Source: a bacterium
GTDB lineage: Bacteria; Fidelibacterota; Marinisomatia; Marinisomatales; UBA1611
Length of the DNA stretch: 15,861 nt
Assembly: GCA_038127595.1 (NCBI GenBank)
Contig: JAYPIC010000022.1
Coordinates: 9,062-24,922, forward strand
Reading direction: 5' to 3'
This document shows, one piece after another, positions 9,011 to 15,861 of this stretch. The notes beneath the pieces were generated by a model that had not been told where the DNA came from, made no database searches, and was given only the letters and a program-made list of their open reading frames with translations. A program made the translations under genes and the position numbers. Each line of letters begins with the position of its first letter. Positions within the stretch are counted from its first letter, which is position 1.

Positions 9011-9929
9011 TAGAAACATATTAAAAAATAAATTTGCAGGAGAAATTTTATTTGATGAAAAAATGTCAAATCATACTTCATATGGTGTAGGTGGAAGAGT
9101 AAATGCATATATTAGACCTAAAGATAAACCAGAGCTCATTCAAATAATTAAATTAATTCATAAAAGTAAATCTAAGGTTTATTATTTAGGTTCAGGGTCT
9201 AACCTTCTTGTACATGACAACGATATCAATTGCTATGTTATTTCTCCTACAAAAGCAATCAAATCGTTAAAGATATTAGATAATATAATCCAAGCCGATG
9301 CCGGCGTAATGCTTGGTAAGCTCGTTAAAGAATCAATGAGAAATGAACTAACTGGCTTGGAAAGCTTAGCTGGGGTTCCTGGAACCTTAGGGGGTGCTCT
9401 TAAAATGAATGCTGGAGCATGGGGTTCAGAAATTTCCAATTTTTTAGTTTCAGTCGATGTTATTGATTCAAAAGGTAATCTTAAAACACTGAACCCTGAT
9501 AATTTAAAATTTCAATACAGAAGCTCTTCATTCAGCTCAAACGATTTTATTATCTCAGCTCGATTCAAATTAGAAAAATCAACTGAAAAAAATATTAAAC
9601 ATAAAAAAAAGATCGCAAGTGATGGTAGAATAAAAACTCAACCTTTGAAATATAGATCTGCAGGCAGTGTATTTAAAAATCCCAATTCTATGCTGGCAGC
9701 TGGCTTTTTAATTGATAAGTCAGGTCTAAAAGGAACAGTTTGCGGTGATGCGGAAATATCAACCCATCATGCTAATTTTTTTATCAACCATGGCGCAGCA
9801 AGAGCTAAAGATATAGCTCATTTAATAAAATTAAGTAGAATGTCAATTTTTGAGCGTTTTGGCATTATGCTTGACCTAGAGATAAAAACTATTGGATTTA
9901 AAAATAAAGAGTTATTTCCATATGATTAA
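9003..9929 (+). CDS. murB: UDP-N-acetylenolpyruvoylglucosamine reductase
   Basis: HTSYGVGG, GSGSNLL, GVPGTLGGALKMNAGA, YRSS, SAGSVFKNP, HANF. Confidence 0.97.
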   Translation: MIDRNILKNKFAGEILFDEKMSNHTSYGVGGRVNAYIRPKDKPELIQIIKLIHKSKSKVYYLGSGSNLLVHDNDINCYVISPTKAIKSLKILDNIIQADAGVMLGKLVKESMRNELTGLESLAGVPGTLGGALKMNAGAWGSEISNFLVSVDVIDSKGNLKTLNPDNLKFQYRSSSFSSNDFIISARFKLEKSTEKNIKHKKKIASDGRIKTQPLKYRSAGSVFKNPNSMLAAGFLIDKSGLKGTVCGDAEISTHHANFFINHGAARAKDIAHLIKLSRMSIFERFGIMLDLEIKTIGFKNKELFPYD

Positions 9930-10689
9930 AAAAAGCAATAATCGAAAATCCATATTAGTTATGTTTAACATGTTTCTTATCATAGCTTCTATTGCCATCA
10001 TTTTAAATTTTTCATTTTCCTGGGCCAAATTAAAAAATACATTTATAGAGCCAGAAATAATTCTAAGTGGTTCAATTGAATATGATCAAAAAAGTTATGT
10101 TGCCCATATAACAAAAGTTACTGGTGAAATTGCAAACCAATTACCATCGAATAAAATATTAGAGGCATTAATGATGCACCCCTTTGTTCAAGCTAGTAGG
10201 GTAAGCTACAGATACCCAAATAAAATATTAATTGAATTGAAAGAGCGGGAGGCTTTTGCGATAATAAACAAAAATCCTTTGGTAATATTGGATAGAGACT
10301 GCTTCGTTCTTCCAATTGAAGATAATTTTAATAACTATGATATACCAATTCTTTCAAAATTTAATTCAGATAATAATCTTTACCCAATTGGAGAAAAATC
10401 TTTATCGGTCAAAGTTCAAGAAACAATCTTTTGGCTAAGTTCTCTTTATGAACTATACCCTGATTTTTATTCAAGTATTTCAGAAGTTTTATTAGAAAAT
10501 GGGGACGAAATCGTTTTAATTCTTAACGAATACCCCACAAAAGTATTATTGGGTGATACTGATACTATGAAAAAGATCGAAATACTGAAAAAATTTGAAT
10601 ACACAATTAAAGAAACAAAAAAAATTACTGATTATGCATATTTAGACATTAGATATAATAATCAAATTATAGCCAAAGAAAATAAATGA
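9922..10689 (+). CDS. ftsQ: cell division protein FtsQ/DivIB
   Basis: Basic N-terminus, single TM, POTRA-like HPFVQASRVSYRYPNKILIELKERE and C-terminal YLDIRYNNQII. Located before ftsA. ATG 9922 (8-nt overlap with murB) preferred over TTG 9892. Confidence 0.9.
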   Translation: MIKKSNNRKSILVMFNMFLIIASIAIILNFSFSWAKLKNTFIEPEIILSGSIEYDQKSYVAHITKVTGEIANQLPSNKILEALMMHPFVQASRVSYRYPNKILIELKEREAFAIINKNPLVILDRDCFVLPIEDNFNNYDIPILSKFNSDNNLYPIGEKSLSVKVQETIFWLSSLYELYPDFYSSISEVLLENGDEIVLILNEYPTKVLLGDTDTMKKIEILKKFEYTIKETKKITDYAYLDIRYNNQIIAKENK

Positions 10690-11945
10690 AAATGAAAAAC
10701 GGTTTTGACAATGATATCATCGTTGGTATCGACATTGGCTCTGAAAATATTTTCTGTTCTATTGGTTCAATAGAAAATGAAAAAAATAATGTCAAATTAT
10801 TAGGATTGGGAACCGCTCCTGTATTGGATAGCTTCAAAAAAGGAGCGATTACGAATCGAAATAATTTAATTGAGCAACTAGAAATTGCAGTTACAGCGGC
10901 TGAAACTATGGCGGATAAGAAAGTTGATAGTGCATATATGACAATTACAGGTGATCACATTCGATGCATGAACACCCAAGGTGCCATTGCATTAAATAGA
11001 AACAAATCAAATGGAACTATTAGCAATGATCCCATATCACAAAGAGATATTAATAAAGTTCTCGAGCTTACTCAGGGAATAGCTCTCCCCCCAGATAGGG
11101 ATATCTTACATACGATACCTCAAGAATTCATTGTTGATACGTTAGAAAAAATTGATAACCCCATTGGACTAAGCGGACGAAGATTAGAAGGACATGTTCA
11201 CTTGGTAACAGCATCAACTTCAGGAATGGAAAATTTAATAGAATCTGCTGAGGAGTTAGGTATCAATATCAATGGATTAGTTTTTAAACCTCTTGCATCT
11301 GCAATACCTACTCTTACGAAAGATGAAATGAAACTTGGCGTGTCTTTGATAGACATTGGTTCTACTACAACAAGCATCGCGGTGTTTAACGAAGGAGCGG
11401 TAAGACATTCAGCAGTAATACCAGTCGGATCATCTAGCATTACAAATGATATAGCTGTAATGCTAAGAATTAGTATTGAAGAGGCCGAAAAAATAAAAAT
11501 TAAATATGCATCAGCAAAAGCATCTCTTAGCTCTCAAAAATTAGAATTTGAAGTTCCTAATAGTGAAGATAATCAAATGATATCAGAAAATGAATTATCC
11601 CAATATGTAGAAGCCAGAATGGAAGAAATATTTCAATTAGCATTAAATGAAATAAAAAGAGCAGGGATTGATAATAATTTAACTTATGGTGTTGTGCTAA
11701 CAGGAGGAGGCTCTCAGTTAAGAAATATTGTAGCTCTCGCTAATGATTTATTAGATATGCCAATAAGACTAGGTAGGCCTATTAATCATCTGCTTGGAAA
11801 TAAGGATTTTGCAGATGAACCTGTTCACTCAACAATTTTGGGATTACTATTATGGCCACTTTTTTCAAATGAGCAAAAAAATATACAACATAGTACATTA
11901 ACTTTTTTTGAAAGCATAAAAAGAATGTTTAAAAATTTTTTTTAA
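10686..11945 (+). CDS. ftsA: cell division protein FtsA
   Basis: VGIDIGS, PQEFIVD, LIDIGSTTT, ITNDIA, AEKIK, VVLTGGGSQL and a C-terminal amphipathic membrane helix (FFESIKRMFKNFF). Confidence 0.97.
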   Translation: MKMKNGFDNDIIVGIDIGSENIFCSIGSIENEKNNVKLLGLGTAPVLDSFKKGAITNRNNLIEQLEIAVTAAETMADKKVDSAYMTITGDHIRCMNTQGAIALNRNKSNGTISNDPISQRDINKVLELTQGIALPPDRDILHTIPQEFIVDTLEKIDNPIGLSGRRLEGHVHLVTASTSGMENLIESAEELGININGLVFKPLASAIPTLTKDEMKLGVSLIDIGSTTTSIAVFNEGAVRHSAVIPVGSSSITNDIAVMLRISIEEAEKIKIKYASAKASLSSQKLEFEVPNSEDNQMISENELSQYVEARMEEIFQLALNEIKRAGIDNNLTYGVVLTGGGSQLRNIVALANDLLDMPIRLGRPINHLLGNKDFADEPVHSTILGLLLWPLFSNEQKNIQHSTLTFFESIKRMFKNFF

Positions 11946-11956
11946 TCCACAAACCA

Positions 11957-11962
11957 AAGGAG
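11957..11962 (+). promoter_or_regulatory. Shine-Dalgarno site of ftsZ
   Basis: AAGGAG ending 7 nt before the ATG at 11970, in the only sizeable gap (24 nt) of the operon. Confidence 0.8.
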
Positions 11963-11969
11963 AATAATC

Positions 11970-13157
11970 ATGTTATTCGAATTCGATAGTTTATCAGAAC
12001 AAAAAGCTAATTTAAAAGTAGTAGGCGTTGGCGGCGCTGGAGGAAATGCAGTAAACCGGATGATTACATCTGGTATGGCTGGTGTCGATTTCATAGCTAT
12101 AAATACAGATGCACAAGACCTGGAAAATAACCCTGCTGAGCATAAAATACAGATAGGAAAGAATCTAACAAAAGGATTAGGAGCAGGAGCAAATTCTAAT
12201 GTAGGAAGAAATGCAGCAGAGGCTGACAGTGAAGTAATTCACAATTTACTCGAAGGTGCAGATATGGCCTTCATTACAAGCGGTATGGGCGGAGGAACTG
12301 GTACAGGTGCTGCACCAATGATAGCACAAATATCCAGAGAGCTTGGTATACTGACAGTGGGTATAGTAACTCTTCCTTTTAAGTTTGAGGGGCCAAAAAG
12401 GTATAACAGAGCGCTTGAGGGAATTGCTGAGATGAAAAAATCATGCGATACTCTCATTGCTATTCCTAATCAAAAACTTCTATCCGTAGTTGATAAATCA
12501 ACCACTCTGCCAGAAGCATTCGAAATGGCTGATGGTATATTACATCAAGCAGCAAAGGGAATATCTGATCTAATAAATGTACACGGTATGATAAACCTGG
12601 ATTTTGCAGACGTTGAAACAATAATGAAAAATATGGGAGAAGCTATAATGGGTACAGGCACAGCACAGGGCGACGAAAGAGCAACCCTAGCAGCACAGCA
12701 AGCGATATCTAGCCCTCTATTGGATAATGCATCCATAGCTGGCGCTCAGGGAGTTTTAGTAAATATAACAGGCGGCGAGAATATCACACTTCATGAAATT
12801 GATGAGGCTACTAGCATCATACTTGAGGAAGCAGGCGAATCAGCCAATATTATTGTTGGTGCAGTTATCGATAAGAACATGACAGAAGATATCCAGGTCA
12901 CTGTAATATCTACAGGTTTTAATACTTTAGATAAAAACGTCAGGCCTGTTGAAAAAATAGAAAAGACAGTTCCAACTAGTGATTTACAAAACCTAGTTAA
13001 TAAGCCACTTCATGCACAAAAAGTTGATAATTCACACAATGATAATGAGCAGGAAAAATCAGAAAAATTATTTTTCGATGATACTAAAGAATCACCAGCA
13101 ATTTATGAGAATAGATTAGAAGTGCCAGCGTTTCTTAGAAAAAATCAAAATAGGTAA
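11970..13157 (+). CDS. ftsZ: cell division protein FtsZ
   Basis: [23 protein letters not shown], tubulin signature [10 protein letters not shown]7 loop INLDFADV, C-terminal peptide LEVPAFLRK. Confidence 0.99.
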   Translation: MLFEFDSLSEQKANLKVVGVGGAGGNAVNRMITSGMAGVDFIAINTDAQDLENNPAEHKIQIGKNLTKGLGAGANSNVGRNAAEADSEVIHNLLEGADMAFITSGMGGGTGTGAAPMIAQISRELGILTVGIVTLPFKFEGPKRYNRALEGIAEMKKSCDTLIAIPNQKLLSVVDKSTTLPEAFEMADGILHQAAKGISDLINVHGMINLDFADVETIMKNMGEAIMGTGTAQGDERATLAAQQAISSPLLDNASIAGAQGVLVNITGGENITLHEIDEATSIILEEAGESANIIVGAVIDKNMTEDIQVTVISTGFNTLDKNVRPVEKIEKTVPTSDLQNLVNKPLHAQKVDNSHNDNEQEKSEKLFFDDTKESPAIYENRLEVPAFLRKNQNR

Positions 13158-13211
13158 AATTATTTTTATAAAAAATATGAACTAAATAGATAAGTAGAGA
13201 AAATTAGTTGT

Positions 13212-13448
13212 TTAAATTGACTTGCCTTTAGCTTTCAACTCATTTACGACTTTTCTGATACCTTTTTTATCAATGATGCGCATACCTTTAGTTGAAACAC
13301 GAAGTGTAACGTAACGTTTTTCGTCAGGCAACCAAAATCGTTTCTTTTGTAAGTTAACATTAAATCTTCTGCGAGATTTATTGTTAGCATGACTAACATT
13401 GTTTCCAAACATTGGTTTTTTTCCTGTAACGTCACATACCCTACTCAT
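13212..13448 (-). CDS. rpmB: 50S ribosomal protein L28 (78 aa, single-Cys type)
   Basis: [32 protein letters not shown]...[18 protein letters not shown]. Weak GAGAG SD at 13456-13460 on the minus strand. Confidence 0.98.
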   Translation of the reverse strand: MSRVCDVTGKKPMFGNNVSHANNKSRRRFNVNLQKKRFWLPDEKRYVTLRVSTKGMRIIDKKGIRKVVNELKAKGKSI

Positions 13449-13541
13449 GATATTTCTCTCAATTATATTTTAATTTAGTTAGATAACTTTTATTATTAAT
13501 AAATTAGCTGCGAAAGTTACATTTTCTTTTTTAATTCACAA
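13449..13541. promoter_or_regulatory. divergent promoter region rpmB/dusB
   Basis: 93-nt AT-rich gap between divergently oriented starts. TAACTTT occurs on both strands (13484-13490 +, 13519-13513 -). Exact promoter elements are inferred. Confidence 0.55.
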
Positions 13542-14531
13542 ATGAAAATCGGAAACATCAAAATTGATATCCCTGTATTTTTAGCTCCAATGGCTGGCTA
13601 TACTGATTATCCTTTTCGAGTACTTTGTAAAAGATCTGGCGCTGGTGTTGTTTATTCTGAATTTGTATCAGCAGATGGAATAATCAGAGAAAACATCAGA
13701 ACGCTTGAAATGATTCATTTCAAAGAAGAAGAAAGACCAATAGGGATACAGATATTTGGCAATGACCCAGATGTAATGGCGACCGCAACTAGATACATAA
13801 ACAAAAATTTTAGTCCTGACATCATTGATATAAACTATGGTTGCCCTGTTCCAAAAGTAACAAAAAAAGGTGGAGGTTCTGCTGCCTTAAAAGATTTATG
13901 CCTTATGGATGATATAACCCAGGCTGTAGTTCAGGCTGCTGATGAAACGCCTGTTACAGTGAAAATGCGTGCTGGATGGGATTTAAATAGCATAATAATT
14001 GAAGAAGCTGGCCCAAGAATTGAAAATTTTGGAGTAAAGGCAATCACATTGCACCCTAGGACCACGACTCAAAAATACACAGGTAAGGCAAACTGGGATT
14101 TAATAAAAATTCTAAAACAAAGTATATCTATTCCGGTAATTGGTAATGGAGATATCAAAAATATTGATGATATTAAAAGAATGTTTGATTACACTAATTG
14201 CGATGGGGTTATGATCGCTAGAGCAGCTCAAGGAAACCCTTGGATTTTCGATCAAGCAAAAGCATTATTCAAAAAAAATTATTCGCCAAATGAAATAACT
14301 CTGAAATCCATATCAACAATGTGTGAAGAGCATCTTAACCTCTTAGTAAAAGAAAGAGGAAATGCTACGGGAATGAACTTAATGCGAAAACATTTTTCTA
14401 ATTACCTAAAAGGTTTTCCAAAAGCATCAATTTACAGGCAAAAGCTGGTTACAGCTGAGACTTTAGAAAATATGAGAGCAGAATTAATAAAATTTAAAAT
14501 CTATGCTGATGAATTTGTATCAAATAATTAG
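13542..14531 (+). CDS. dusB: tRNA-dihydrouridine synthase (DusB/NifR3 family)
   Basis: LAPMAGYTD, IQIFG, DINYGCPVPKV (catalytic Cys), VTVKMRAGW, HPRT, VIGNGDI, GVMIARAAQGNPWIF, MRKH. Confidence 0.94.
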   Translation: MKIGNIKIDIPVFLAPMAGYTDYPFRVLCKRSGAGVVYSEFVSADGIIRENIRTLEMIHFKEEERPIGIQIFGNDPDVMATATRYINKNFSPDIIDINYGCPVPKVTKKGGGSAALKDLCLMDDITQAVVQAADETPVTVKMRAGWDLNSIIIEEAGPRIENFGVKAITLHPRTTTQKYTGKANWDLIKILKQSISIPVIGNGDIKNIDDIKRMFDYTNCDGVMIARAAQGNPWIFDQAKALFKKNYSPNEITLKSISTMCEEHLNLLVKERGNATGMNLMRKHFSNYLKGFPKASIYRQKLVTAETLENMRAELIKFKIYADEFVSNN

Positions 14532-14610
14532 ATGATTTAATCTCTACTAATCAGTTTAAATTTAATATCCAATAACATCAGTATTTAATCTATATCAGAA
14601 AGAATAATTT

Positions 14611-15861
14611 ATGGCATATGCGAATGTAATTAATGAACCAGTTAAAGATTATAAACCAGGTTCAGAAGAACGGAAAACTTTGTTAAAAGAGTATGATAGA
14701 CAATCAAATGAAAAAATAGAAATCCCCATTATTATTGGTGGTAAAAAAATATACTCCGATAAAGTCGGCCATTGCGTTTCACCTCATAATCATAAAAAAG
14801 TCTTAGCGACATTTTACAAAGCTGATGAAAAAATTGTTAACTCAGCTATAGAGAATTCCCTTGAGACCTGGAAAAGTTGGTCTTCTACCTCCCTTTCTTA
14901 CAGAACAACTATATTTCGAAAAGCTGCAAAATTATTAGCTGGAAAATGGAGAGATAAAATAAACGCCGCGACGATGCTTAACCAGAGTAAAAATGTTTAT
15001 CAGGCTGAAATTGATGCGGCTTGCGAGCTTATTGACTTCTTCAATTTCAATTCATCTTTTGCAGAGAATATTTACAATACACAAAATTTAATTTCACCAC
15101 AGGGAATGCGAAATCATCTGGAATACAGGCCTTTAGAAGGTTTTGTATTTGCAATAGCACCTTTCAATTTTACATCTATAGCTGGAAATCTTCCCGGAGC
15201 ACCAGCTTTGATGGGCAACGTATCAATATGGAAGCCAGCATCCTCTGCTATTTTATCTTGTCATTACTTACTAGAAATGCTTAAGGAAGCTGGACTACCT
15301 GATGGGGTTATTAATTTCTTGCCAGGAGATGGCGTAACTGTAGGCGATCCAATTTTAAATAATTCCAATTTAGCTGGTGTACATTTCACAGGATCAACAA
15401 GTACATTTAACCATATCTGGAAAACAATTGGATCAAACATAAATAAGTACAAAACTTACCCTAGGATAGTTGGAGAAACGGGCGGCAAAGATTTTTGTTT
15501 AGCGCATAATTCATGCGATACGGATGTGCTCGTTACCGCAATGATAAGAGGTGCTTTCGAGTATCAGGGACAAAAATGCTCCGCAATGTCAAGAGCGTAT
15601 ATACCTAAATCTATTTGGCCAACAGTTGAGCAAAAATTAATGAATGAAGTAAAAAAAATTAAAGTAGGCTCACCAAAAGACACTTCAAATTTTATGAATG
15701 CAGTTATTGATAAAAATGCTTTCGATAACATTGTAAAATACATCGATTATGCGGATAACCATGAAAATGCTGAAATAATATATGGTGGTAATTTTGATGA
15801 CTCTCACGGGTACTTCATTGACCCTACAATAATACTTACCACAGATCCAAAATTTAAAACA
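14611..15861 (+). CDS. pruA: L-glutamate gamma-semialdehyde (1-pyrroline-5-carboxylate) dehydrogenase, ALDH4 type; 3'-truncated by window
   Basis: Open frame from ATG 14611 (in-frame TAA at 14605-14607) to the window end: NEPVKDYKPGSEER, QAEIDAACELIDF, EYRPLEGFVFAIAPFNFTSIAGNL, WKPA, HFTGST, YPRIVGETGGKDF (catalytic Glu), RGAFEYQGQKCSA (catalytic Cys). No proline dehydrogenase domain, so not PutA. Confidence 0.95.
   Translation, partial: MAYANVINEPVKDYKPGSEERKTLLKEYDRQSNEKIEIPIIIGGKKIYSDKVGHCVSPHNHKKVLATFYKADEKIVNSAIENSLETWKSWSSTSLSYRTTIFRKAAKLLAGKWRDKINAATMLNQSKNVYQAEIDAACELIDFFNFNSSFAENIYNTQNLISPQGMRNHLEYRPLEGFVFAIAPFNFTSIAGNLPGAPALMGNVSIWKPASSAILSCHYLLEMLKEAGLPDGVINFLPGDGVTVGDPILNNSNLAGVHFTGSTSTFNHIWKTIGSNINKYKTYPRIVGETGGKDFCLAHNSCDTDVLVTAMIRGAFEYQGQKCSAMSRAYIPKSIWPTVEQKLMNEVKKIKVGSPKDTSNFMNAVIDKNAFDNIVKYIDYADNHENAEIIYGGNFDDSHGYFIDPTIILTTDPKFKT

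Noticed and set aside
9370..9390. Hairpin CTGGGGTTC-CTG-GAACCTTAG in murB
   Set aside because: Largely dictated by the conserved G-V-P-G-T codons, with a 3-nt loop and two G-U pairs; no independent support.
257..15452. Short minus-strand ORFs (62-109 aa) in the ORF track, including the alternative-frame ORF 13244-13435
   Set aside because: All lie antisense to, or out of frame within, well-supported housekeeping genes and have no recognisable motifs; typical shadow ORFs.
14532..15861. Apparent 1.3-kb gene-free region in the ORF track
   Set aside because: It is the pruA CDS starting at 14611, omitted only because its stop codon lies beyond the window.
1..15861. CRISPR array, IS element, prophage, tRNA/rRNA or defence system
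   Set aside because: No periodic repeats, transposase/integrase motifs, cloverleaf or unassigned ORFs; nearly all bases are accounted for by known housekeeping genes.

Overview
AT-rich bacterial DNA (roughly 30% GC by eye) carrying a compact division/cell-wall (dcw) operon on the + strand: 3' end of ftsI (PASTA domain), murE, murF, mraY, murD, ftsW, murG, murC, murB, ftsQ, ftsA, ftsZ. It is followed by a convergent rpmB (L28), a divergent dusB and the 5' part of a stand-alone P5C dehydrogenase (pruA), which the ORF track omits because the window truncates it. The gene order (murC-murB-ftsQ, no ddl) and the pruA type suggest an FCB-group organism, possibly Marinimicrobia; this is inference only. 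The protein content is ordinary housekeeping, with no mobile element, CRISPR array, rRNA, tRNA or defence gene visible. The best lead is non-coding: a ~200-nt GC-rich patch (48% vs 26.5% just upstream) in the 3' end of murD that folds by hand into three adjacent long hairpins, one with a mutually exclusive alternative pairing. Smaller hairpins masking SD-like purine tracts occur in mraY and ftsW, and some short repeated motifs occur in the intergenic regions. All RNA structures were paired by eye and are untested.
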